Source: Tubiluchus corallicola (lineage: Eukaryota; Animalia; Priapulida). From it: DNA of 64,000 nucleotides. The stretch covers positions 1 to 64,000 of the forward strand of contig JAQGDQ010000368.1 in the NCBI GenBank assembly GCA_030141605.1. The letters run 5' to 3'. Positions 53,021 through 64,000 of the stretch are shown piece after piece. Within the stretch, counting starts at the first letter, position 1. Every line of letters starts with the position of its first letter. Both the position numbers and the translations under genes were made by a program. The notes under the pieces are model-generated. The model was not told the origin of the DNA. It was given only the letters and a program-made list of their open reading frames with translations, and did not search any database.

Positions 53021-53328
53021 ATTTATATTCTCCTCTACCAGAGAAGTAACCAAAGACAGTGAAGCTGTACGACAAAACAGACTGTTCAGAAGCCATTTTC
53101 GCTGTGGTCCCACCATTCATTTGTTAATCAAGCTTGGTGTTGCTTAAACATTTTTGCACACAGCTATCGTAATACATGTACATCACACATGACCTAAGTT
53201 TTTAAAATTTAAATCTAAAATACAGCGTACTGGTCTCTTTCAATTCTTCTTAGTCTTCTGTATGTTGGCTTTGTGTTTTAATTAAGCAGAATCTTTTTGA
53301 TTTACCCATGGTTTTTATTTATTTATTC

Positions 53329-53330
<2 letters not shown>

Positions 53331-53370
<40 letters not shown>

Positions 53371-53421
53371 GTTGTTGTTGTTATTATTATTATTATTATT
53401 ATTATTGTTATTATTATTATT
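53331..53421 (+). repeat. (TAT/TGT)n microsatellite heading a GC-richer interspersed repeat (~53430-53990)
   Basis: Microsatellite seen directly. The downstream block contains GTGACCC...GGGTCAAAGGTCA and a duplicated GATTGGTTGACCC motif. Confidence 0.8.
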
Positions 53422-54754
53422 TTTTTTACGCCTTTTTATTTTGCTAATAACTCGCGCACGCACAGGGTTAGGGTCATTAAACTCACAGGATACACTCCTA
53501 AAATAAGGGGATTTATGTTTATATGTGACCCCACCCTTGGGTCAAAGGTCATTGCGCGGACGGGGTTTTTGCTTTTTCATTAGGCTTTATCTCCTTTTTG
53601 AGCTAGGGCCAAAATTTCTAGTGTGTGGCTAGGTCTGGTCAAGATGTTGTGCATGACTGAACATGGGCCATTTTCTGGGGGACGAAAGCAGAAATCGGGG
53701 GGGGGGGGGTTTCGGAAACATTAATGCTTCCACTGTCGAGTAACAGTGACTTGTAGTATATCAAATGAAATGTTCTGATGAGATGAAGAGATGAATTGAA
53801 TGGTATATGTAATAGATTGGTTGACCCATGGCCCCACTAGGGGGCAAAAACCGAAACGATGGCTTGTAGTATGTGAAATGCATTGTCTTGATGAGGCGAA
53901 TCGAGTAGTTTAAGTAATGCCCACATTGGTTGACCCCTGACGTCGCCAGTGGGAAAAAACTGAAATTGAGGGTCTGGGAGATACTATTGATGGTAAAATT
54001 AATTATCTTGTATCTTTCTGAAACTCGTATTAACTTGTGAAGAAATTACATGTGTGACAACGTTGAGTGCTTGCTTACAAAGAAAAAGAACAGAATACTT
54101 AGATAATAATTAGAGTGGCGACTGGTCACCTGTCAAAAGATCAAACCTGACTGCTGTGACAATTCTGAAACTACAGATTTCCACCTCTGTCACAGCAGAT
54201 TGAGTTTGAAATTGTACATCATTGTAAAAAGCTTTTTATGCGCTTACTAAATACTAATGCATTATAAGAGAATAATATTAAGCAGTGTGTGCTGTAATAA
54301 TGCGAGTGCCTCAATTACCAGTCACACTTTATTTTCTTGCCCAAGAAAGCCGAACGACAGAAAAACATCAATGCCAATCAGCATAACCATACTAGTTGAT
54401 GAAACCAGTGGTCGAAGTGTTTTTATCTAATATGACAAAGAGGCCACCCAAAAAATTATTTTAGTAAGATAAATTCATTACATTGACAATGATGAAGTAA
54501 TTCCTAAATAAAAATGTTTTTTGTGATAACAAGAAACTTCAGCATTGTATCCAGAAGTTCTTGAACGCTGTAACAAAGCTATACGTTAAATAATTAGTCT
54601 CATCTATGTCATCATTCAAGCATTTGAAAAAAAGTTTGCAAAACCTGTAAATGAATGACTGCCTACTTTCCGAAATTCTTCGAGTAATAATTAATCATCA
54701 TTATAATATTTTAATTTTTAGAATGATGACTTTGTAACTCGCATTACCTGAGTG

Positions 54755-54853
54755 GTTGTCATGGACATGTGACACAGTGTAGTCGTGCAGGAATCTAGCG
54801 AGGCCGGTGCGCCGCGTCTTGAAAAGAGTTCGTTTACGGTTGCTAAGGTCAAC
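54755..54853 (+). promoter_or_regulatory. Two RFX X-box-like motifs in the TTC25 promoter
   Basis: GTTGTCATGGACAT (54755-54768) and GTTGCTAAGGTCAAC (54839-54853), 60-160 bp upstream of the ATG. X-boxes are established features of ciliary gene promoters. Confidence 0.65.
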
Positions 54854-54915
54854 GAAATTGTCGTTCATTAAACTTTTACTAGTTCACGAAATTGCAACAT
54901 TTTTGAAACACAAAA

Positions 54916-57186
54916 ATGTCTAGCGACGAAGAAGAAGAAAGACCGAAATGTTCGTTTGCTGTCTACCTCGCAGAAGGGGAGGCGCTGTATAGCAAGGGAC
55001 TATACAAGAAGGCTATTGAAAGCTTCAATTATGCATTAGATATAGAACATGATGAGAAAACTGCCTTGGTTGCAAGATCTAAATGCTACTATATGGTATA
55101 TGTAAAGACCTTTTCAGCTATAAGATGAACATGTCTGCCCACGTAACAAAAAATTTAATATAATTTACTAATTACAGACTCAAAGTAATTAAACCACCTA
55201 GTATAAACTCTAGTTTAAGTGTAAAGCATGTACGTGTGGAATGCAAAATTCATTATTCAGAATTTTTGAAGCTAGTTACTGTAAAATGCGATTTATTTCT
55301 ACATTTTACAGCTTGGTGGACTAGAAACTGCTTTAAAGGATGCAGAACTTGCCCTAACTATTGATAGAAATGATCCTCATGCGTTGTACCAAAAAGCTCA
55401 GTGTCTTTATACAATGGGAAACTTTGAATTTGCTTTAGTGTATTACCACCGTGGGAGTAAAATACGACCAGAACAAGAGCGATATCGGCTTGGAATACAG
55501 AAATCACAAGAAGCTATCATTAATTGCATTGGAAATCCGAGTGCTTGGCGATTACAAATCTTAGACATACCACGTAAAGAACAAGAAAGGAAAAGCTTTT
55601 CGTTTTCACAGCAAAAACCAAACAAACGATCTCAGGAACACCAGAGAATGAAGAGTGAAAGAACGAGCAAGAAACTTTTAGGACCTTTGTATCAAGAAAA
55701 ATCATATTTAGAACAGATGAAGAAAATGGGAAGTCTGAAAAGATGTAAAACGCAACCTATTGAAACCGTACAGAATCTAATTGAGCAAGGACTAAATTAC
55801 TTGCAGACGCGCAGTGAATTTTGGCGACAGCAAAAACCATTGTATGCTGAAGAGTATGAGAAAAGGCTTGCACAAGAAAAGGTTGTAACAACACGTTCAC
55901 AGAATTTGAACAGGGCAGTGAAGAACATTTTGCATTCACTTGAAATGATAGACTATGCTCAAGAATCTGGTAATTATGAAGAGAGCTTGAAAATGGCTAA
56001 AGAGACAGTTGAAGCACTGAAACACATGCCAGAAAAGCCATACTTCAACAAAAAAGAGGTACTTGGGACACTATACGGTTACATGGGAAATGCATGTTTG
56101 GAGCTTGGACAGGAAAGACGTGCTCTTCAATACCATAAAAAAGACCTGGCTTTAGCAGAGCGCCACTATTTAGAAGAGGGGTTGTCAAGGGCGCTGGATA
56201 ATTTAGGGCGTGTGTATGCCAAATGTGGCATGTTCGATGAAGCTATACATCTGTGGGAGAGAAAAATACCAAAAGCACAATCGGATTGTGAGAAAGCATG
56301 GTTATATCATGAGTGTGGTCGATGCTATCTTGAGATGGGAGAACTCCAAGAAGCTCTTTTTCATGGTGAAAAAGCAATGGAGTCAGCTGTACGAGGCGAT
56401 GACGAAGTCTGGGCGATGAATGCTAGTGTTCTAATTGGACAGTCACTTGTAGAACTGAGAGATTATGTACATGCAGCTGAATATCTTGAACGGGCCTTGG
56501 ACGTGGCACAGCGTAATCATGACGATAAAGCATCTGAAGCCATAAGGGATGTGTTGGATGATGTTAATAAGCGAATAGAGGAACATCCAATAGAAAAACC
56601 AGGTACTGGTTCTGATGAATCTGAAGGTTAGTTGAATGATTTCAGTTTTTAGTGATACTTGAATTTGTTGATGTTTCACATTTGAATTTTTTTACTAAAT
56701 CATTTTGTTGAATCTATGGGCAGTAGACTTTGGCCTAAAACAAAGATATGGGTTGTTTGTCATTCATAAACATAGAATGTCCTACTGTTATAAGTTGTTA
56801 TGACTAGTAACATTTATGTTTATCACAGATTTTGCAATGAATTACCTACTAATTGAAAATAAAAATTGTCTTATTAGTCCTTGCGAGCTGTAAGGTACTT
56901 TTAGTGTCAGTTTTAAAAGCCTGCCGGCTCTCGACAAAGTAAAATCAGTAACTGTACCTGTGTTGTTATAGATATGAAAGTAAAGGATGACAAGACTGTG
57001 CCCACGACAGAAACAAACGTCCAAGAAAAGAATGAGGAGCTTGTTGGGTTAGGTACAGACACAATTGAAGCTGCTGTGCAAGACGTTACAAGGGAACCTG
57101 TAGAAACTACTAATGCTATTGTATGTAACATAGACACTAAAGAAATTCTACAAGATGATGCAAAGCCAGATGATAGTAATAAATGA
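54916..57186 (+). CDS. TTC25: Outer dynein arm docking complex subunit 4 (TTC25/ODAD4), TPR protein, ~569 aa
   Basis: Exons 54916-55095, 55312-56626 and 56972-57186 (phases 0 and 1). Motifs YLAEGEALY, LVARSKC, LKDAE, LYTMGNFEFALVYYHRG, GIQKSQEAI, LLG.LY.EK.YLE, YL..R.EFWRQQKPLYA and SRALDNLGRVYA match TTC25. The third exon (acidic tail) is less certain; read-through stops at 56631. Confidence 0.92.
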
Positions 57187-60094
57187 AATGCTTCACTGAT
57201 GGTGGACTTGAAAAATAAACAGTTGCTGATTGTTACTAAGGGTTATTAGTATTAGCATGATTATGGCTCGACTTTTTATTTGTATATATAAGAAATACTC
57301 ATACTCAAGGTATTTTTGTAATGGAGGTTAAAAATATTAGTAGTTAATTAAGAAATGTGAATGAGGTAAAATGTTAATAACTCATTGCACCATTTTTTTC
57401 AAAATTCCTTGTTTTTTTAATGTGTTGTTGACATTATTATTTCTTTGTTTTGTTGCATTTTTAATACATAGCAGTAGTATTAAGAAATCATTGCTTGGAT
57501 AAAAAATATTCAATAAGCGATTCAGCGGGTCACTTCAAGAAAAAGGCATGGTTGTTTTTTATTGCCTTCTAGATTGGCATCATGTTCCATGTCATTGGGT
57601 CAGTTTTACATTGTCCCTAGCTGCCTGGTTGCCAATTTGTATAGTGTATTTGGTATACAGGTGACTCACCACTTTGGGACCTGAGTTGAATTGTAATCAT
57701 AGAAAAACTGTATGCTATTGTTTCTAATAATAGACTATGTTTGTATGTGCTTAAACAGGATGCCGGCGGGGCTGGGCCTTCTAGTCATTGGGTCATTAGT
57801 TCACTGGGCCCAGATGACATAAAGCTGACCAGTTTCTATGTCTAGTTCTCTTCTGCACAAATATTCTAGCTGGTAAATTGGTAGCTAGCTCTTGGGAATT
57901 ATTAGCTTTTAAAACCACAGTGTACAGAGATACTATAGCGACATTTGAGAAGACATTTCTTCTCTCAGCATATTCCATATTGGTGACATTTTGTGAGATA
58001 TCAAAAGAATATGACATTACACGCATCGAAAGAAGAACATAGGAAATTTTTTTAAATTGCTGTAGATGTGTTTAAAAGTACCAGGAAAGCAAAGTCAGTT
58101 AAAGAAGTTAAAAGACAAAATATAAGATTTGTTTACCATCGCTCGTTTAACAGACAACATTAGCAACAACAGCCATTTAGTGATTTACGGTAAAGATGCA
58201 ACACAAAATAATGAGTAACATGTTGGGTGTATGCTGTGGCGTTGACAGCCGCTAGTATTGCATTTAAGACTGCATGGTTGTAGTCTGAAATCTATATAGT
58301 CATTCACCTAACCCAGGATTTTGATTGGCAAGTTCTCTTAGTATTTTGCGCTATTCCTGAATCTTCTTGTAAATCACTGAAGACGCACATCTATGTTTAT
58401 CCGCGTAGCTGGTCAACTTGTCTTGCATTTGTGTATTTTCTCGCTACATATTGTGATTATGCTGCATCAGTAATTTGAAAACATTGGTCTCACTCGCACC
58501 ACCTTTAGCTTTTCTCCTGAATCGTGTTCCATCTTTCTACCATATGTGTTTCCACTGATTGCATTTAATGCTGTTTAAACACAATAAAGCCAGCGGCTGT
58601 TTAGACAAGAAAGATAACGTTGCTGGCAAAATAAACTATATTCGCCAAAACGACAAAAATGTTTCAATAGTCCCTGTCGGAACACATACACGCCTGTGTA
58701 TAAAAGCGCTTAAAAACAGGCATACTCTAAATTAAAATGCATTTAATTTGTTGCTGGTGGGGCTTATGGGAGACAGATAATGGAACATTTATGCAGGAGT
58801 AAACTGTAACAGCTATAAATGGCTCGCGTACGCGTGGGAGAAAGCTATATCATTTAAATTAATTATCATTTTCGGTATTTTACAGCGGTTGATTTTTGCT
58901 TTTACTTTGAATTAAGTAATTAGGTAATTGTCTAACATGGAGCTGCAGGAATCGTCTACACATCATTAAATCCATTGCCTGAATTACGATAAATGAAGCG
59001 TGTTCAATAAACTCAATCATGGATGTGTATAACTGTCAGCTATATACGCCAAGATGCTGCAGTGCAAAACACAAGTGATTTAATTCATTAAGCGGCGAGA
59101 ATTCCGAACTTGTAGCAACAACTGTTTTCGTAGGATGCAAAGGTTGTAGCCAGCTGAATTACCTTGATGTTTAGTCTGTATGCATTTGAAAGGCCCTGTG
59201 CCAATATAGCATGATTTAAAATGAGTGCATAAGTTTCATAAGTTTATTTATTTCCACGCTGCATTTTTGCAGTCATCATTAAAATACAGATAATTATCCA
59301 CTATAGTAAATATAAATACAAATGCAATATAGTCCAGAAATTCCAAGAAATAGTCTTTAGCAGCTAGCATATACACGTGCAAAGTTACATTGCAGAATAA
59401 TTTTGATGCATACAGATTGAGCCTAAAAGCATAGCTTGACAAGCCAAACTGTACGAGGAAATCTTCAAGAAATGATTGATAATTGAAATAATGACAATAT
59501 ATACATAGATGTGGGGGGGGGGGGAGTAGTGAATGAAAGAAGAAATGGAGCGAGAAATAAGAAAAACTGTGATCATGATTACAAGGTGTTCAGTAACCTG
59601 TTGAACATAGTCACGTTTTAAGATTACACTGGAAAAACAATGCAGGTGATTACCATTATCAAACTGTGTTACATTCATTATTTTTGAAATATTTCTTTTT
59701 TGACGGTTTTTTAAAAGTTGAAAGGGAGTGAGTGCATTTTGAATTGCGCCTTTCTCTATTCCATAGGACCGCTCCCATATAGCTAATGACACGTGATATA
59801 CACCATAGATTTGATGCACAAACTTTACATTTGAGAAGAATACTAATTTCGCGTGGAATTATACTATGTATTTAAAGCTATTCAAAAAATGATATGCATC
59901 ACACTAAAAAGTACAATTTTAGGCTAGACATTGAAGTGAAAACAGTGCAAAGGAAAAATAATTATTGTAAGAATGATAAGTTTCTGTATTTGGCAGATGT
60001 GGTATAAAATAGCATATTCAAAGCTGTTTATTTCCATTACGAAATAGACGTTGCAGCATACAGTACAAAAATTGAAACAGTAGTGTAATGTTTA

Positions 60095-60192
60095 TGGCGC
60101 GTTCAGACGTAAGACTTCTCTCGCAACTTGTTGCGCAACAGAGAGAAGCTGCGTAACAAGTTGCGAGAGAAGTCTTACGTCTGAACGCGTCA
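60095..60192. mobile_element. 98-bp PIF/Harbinger-like hairpin MITE
   Basis: ~45-bp near-perfect inverted arms TGGCGCGTTCAGACGTAAGACTTCTCTCGCAACTTGTT with a TTA TSD (60092-60094, 60193-60195). Confidence 0.85.
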
Positions 60193-61174
60193 TTATCGTT
60201 GTGAATGGACAGGTATCATTAATGTCTGTTGGATCGCACCATTGGCGTACTCTTGATCGATGTGGACATGGCTTGACCACGTGAACATAAATATTACTGC
60301 GTTGCGATCTTTGCTTATGTAGAGAGGATACTTCCTGTCCTGGAGCTAAAGGTTTTCTATTTCCACCCGTGCATGACGATATAGATGAAAGTCTTTGAAG
60401 CAAGAGCTTTTATTTTTAATTCGCCTGATCTGTTTAAAATGTAACTGATACGATATTAGTAAACCATTTCTGTAACCGTAAGCCTATGAAACAGCAAGGT
60501 ATATAGCACATCTTAAAAATAAACAAATGTTTGTTTGGTTGGTTTTAGAGTAAATTGGGCTTATAGTTTTTACATTTTCGTTTTAATCTTTCAGCCAACT
60601 TTGCTTACTTTTGTACTTTACATGAGCCTTTCATTAAGCTATATATATATACATGTATGTATGTATATATATATATCAATAAAAATACTTTCAGTATATT
60701 TTAATACGGTATTACTACTCGACCAATGAATGAAGATAGAGATAATGTAATAATGTGTATAATGTAAATTGGAAGTGTTTTGTTTTGTTAAGTGTCAACA
60801 ATACATGCATGAGTAGAAAGAAGCAATAGTTTTTTATAGACGCTCAGTTGTAAGTGGAAAGAGAAGTAGGTCTAGTGTTCAAGCGCAAGCAGTAAAACAC
60901 TGATGTGTAATAATCTAGATATATTTATTTGAAATGGTAGCTGTAATTGTTGTACTGTGATAGAGGCATATTAAAAGAACTGTTCAGTTTTTGTGGTTTT
61001 CATATCAGTTCTTTGTCGTAAGACTTTCTGCTTGAGACAGTGCTAATATATATGTATCAAAAAATCACGAATTACTGGTAATGAGAGAATATTAGTTGTT
61101 TTTCTATAATTTATTTCTCTTTTATCAAAATTAAAGCCACGACGCTGCAACGTACACACAAACACATGCTAAAC

Positions 61175-61179
<5 letters not shown>

Positions 61180-61205
<26 letters not shown>

Positions 61206-61208
61206 CAA
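61180..61208 (+). repeat. (AAC)n microsatellite
   Basis: Seen directly. Confidence 0.85.
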
Positions 61209-61251
61209 AACTTAAAATAATTAAAAATTTTCAAGATACATAGAACTTTAA

Positions 61252-61807
61252 AGGAAAACTGGATGATTGTGTAAACCTTAGTTCGGAATAAAGAATGCTC
61301 TAAAATATTGAAAACTACAATCGTTTTTTAAATCAAAGCTTAGATTAAATAATAATAATCACCTCGGACACTCAAATTTCGTTAAACTTTCAGAGCTACG
61401 TCAGGCTCAGATTCTACTGAATCTACTAAGATTGACAATGGCGCCTTTTTGCCACATTCGCTTGGCCGACAAATAAAAGGCGGTACCGTGATAAGCATGT
61501 TCATGAACTGCAGTGTTCGTTTCTGACGTCATATGATGTAAAGCCCATTTTTCGTAACATCACGCGTTTAAGCAGTACTGTAACACTTATGCCAATGTGT
61601 TTGATGCGCAAGGGAAGATGCCTGCCATTGCACAAACTGTGATTAGTTTCTGACGTAAGCAATAGCTGTGTTCGGTTGACGTTAATTATCTTTCTAAGCC
61701 AATTATTCAAATATATGGAACAATTGTTAATTTTTATAGGCAAGAAAATGTAGATTTTGGACAGTAAATTAAAATGAGATGAGTCTATACAATCATTCGG
61801 TCTTCCT
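61252..61807. mobile_element. Kolobok-like non-autonomous DNA transposon, copy 2
   Basis: TTAA TSD (61248-61251, 61808-61811), AGG...CCT ends, colinear with 23071-23614. Confidence 0.8.
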
Positions 61808-62009
61808 TTAAAATGGCTCACTTAACTATAGTTTAAATCAAAAGATATTCCACTGACCCTATGACAAAGTTCGACAAAACAGCATATATTTTTTGGCTTT
61901 TCATAACTGATCAGGAGACGTTATTAGTATTTTCATTCATGTCATAATTCAGTAATTTTGTTTCCCTGATCGTCATTTCAATGATTTTCTACTTACATAA
62001 CAATATTGT

Positions 62010-62165
62010 TTGTCCCCGCCGGCGTTACATAAGCTAAATTTAAGCAGCCAACCAACGCCGAGACTGCTTTATACGTGAACGTTGAACCAATGAGAGAGCG
62101 CAACGTCACTGGTGGGCTGAACGTCGTCTGCTATGAAAACGCTATGGCTTGATGATTGATGAGTT
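62010..62165 (+). promoter_or_regulatory. Putative Nkx6 proximal promoter
   Basis: GC box-like CCCCGCC (~62014), CCAAT box (~62087), ACGTCA half-sites and a TGATTGAT Pbx-type site (62153-62160). Confidence 0.45.
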
Positions 62166-62309
62166 AGTTGCTGCAATCTTAAGTGAACAGTTATAATGGC
62201 AAGTAAAACGACTAGTGGCAGCCTGAAGCTAGTATGTAGAAACCTATTCTATGAGAGGCCTGTACTTAGATGTTAAGACTCACAGGTAGTGCGCGTTACT
62301 GATTTTACT

Positions 62310-62706
62310 ATGAACTTTTGCGGTGACTCACTGAGTTGTCAAAGTGCTTTCATGTTAGGCAACCCACCCCTCGCTGCATTACACAGCATGGCTGAAATGA
62401 AGCCAAGTAGCGTGGTTCAGACGCCGCATCACAATAAATTGAGTGATTGCTCTCCATCTCACACACTTGCTACTCCTCATGGTATAAATGATATACTCAA
62501 CAGACCTCTACCTGGCTCTACACAAATGCAGTTACCTCATCTAAACTTAAATCCGGCTGGGATGTACTTCGCCGCCGGTGCTGCCGCGAGATTTAATACA
62601 AAACCCGGACTAGCCGAATTATCCGGACGGACGCACATATATTGGCCGGGAATTCACATGCAAACCGGAAATCCGTGGAGGACAGAACGATTTTCATGCT
62701 CACCAG
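62310..62706 (+). CDS. NKX6: NK6-family homeobox transcription factor, exon 1 (homeodomain exons lie beyond the window)
   Basis: QSAFMLGNPPLAALHSMAEMK, the eh1/TN motif TPHGINDILNRP and LAELSGRTHIYWPG are diagnostic Nkx6 N-terminal motifs. The exon ends at the donor CAG|GTAAGC (62706). Confidence 0.93.
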
Positions 62707-64000
62707 GTAAGCTTTAAAAATATATTATTTACCTTTAGATAGTCGTATTTGAAACATTTATATAAGACTTACAAGTAACCTCATGCATACTAATATTTAA
62801 CAGGAGGTAGAAAAGCAAAAGTCATAATTTATGCTACAGTATGTCTTGTAAATCATATGCCTACATAATTCTGTTACTGTTTGTTTCTATATAAGCTTAT
62901 AATAGTCCATGTTTATTATGTAGAAGGTAACCTATGTAGCTAGTTATTCTTTTAATCCTTTTATATAATGTACAATCCAATATATAAAGATATATATAAA
63001 AATAATGATATCAATATTAGCAATTCATCAGTTTGTATACAAGGATGATTGAAAATATTGGCCAGCATCGTACACTAGGTTTGTTTTTTAACAGTGATAG
63101 TACATGACAAAATACATAAATTAACGTTAAATTTAAAATATATTTTTAAAGTGAGTAATTTTTCAAAAGTTATTTTTTCTCATAGTTTGGCTTTTGTAGC
63201 TACAAACATTCAAGCTGAACAAGTGCTGCTAGTCAAAAGAGTTTTTATTTCAGTCATTTGGTATAATATTATAAAAATACATTGCACTAAAAGTGCTTAT
63301 TAAAAAAATTAATACTGCACAGCTGCAAAAAGAATATAACATGAACATGCTTAATTACTCGGTAGAAGCTAAATAAACTTTACTATTCGAAACTGTGGAA
63401 AACTTAGTGTAAATTTAGTTTACGACATTGCTTACATAGATACGCAGATAAACACACATATACACACGTATACACAGATAAAACTATAATGTGATGAACT
63501 GAAATGAATTGAAATAGTGAAAATTTCCTTTAAAGTCGAATTACAAAATTAAAAGGATAAGCAAAAGCATTTTGATCAACTGTTTACAAAAAAATTACCG
63601 TTAAAATAATGAGAAAATTAAATAGAGATGATTTTTGATAATAAACATTGAAATTTTTACTTGCAGGCCTTTCCTCGTTATATCGTAAAATGGTTTCCAT
63701 CGCAGCGTAGACCATAAAACAACTTTTTTCAAAATTTCTTTCACATTGTATTTTATGTGAAAACCGTTCGCATAAGAAATGCTTGAATAAAATTTCCAAG
63801 TTCTCAGGAGAGACTTATTTCGAAATAAATGTTTACGAAACATTCACTAAAATTAGCTAAATATTGCAGTACAACCTAAGCAAAATTATAGGTACAAATA
63901 CATTCTAGTAAATATAAATAATTTACATGCACATACTTTCAACAAACAAAGTAACAGTAAATATATGTGTTTTTTCAAATGCGTAATGATTTGTAATTGA

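Overview
AT-rich, intron-containing, repeat-rich animal genomic DNA, most likely a ciliated non-chordate invertebrate (inferred from gene content). Five protein-coding genes can be reconstructed by hand. (1) The 5' part of a UBE4A/UFD2-type ubiquitin conjugation factor on the minus strand (five coding exons, 6962 to 2708, continuing leftward). (2) A complete 10-exon C1-domain plus RAF/KSR-family pseudokinase on the plus strand (24974-33559, about 561 aa) with the architecture of KSR3. (3) An intronless divergent class A GPCR (40618-41514). (4) A 3-exon TTC25/ODAD4 ciliary TPR gene (54916-57186) with RFX X-boxes in its promoter. (5) Exon 1 of an Nkx6 homeobox gene (62310-62706). Introns and intergenic DNA hold many non-autonomous DNA transposons with visible TIRs and TSDs (Tc1/mariner-, Mutator-, Kolobok-, Harbinger- and CACTA-like), LINE remnants, a probable solo LTR and many microsatellites. 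The most notable non-coding signals are an inverted pair of covarying minimal hammerhead-ribozyme motifs in a UBE4A intron, a MULE carrying a tandemly duplicated promoter-like cargo upstream of UBE4A, and a candidate conserved enhancer about 15.6 kb upstream of Nkx6. All homology calls come from recalled motifs, not database searches. Most ORFs in the supplied track are spurious.
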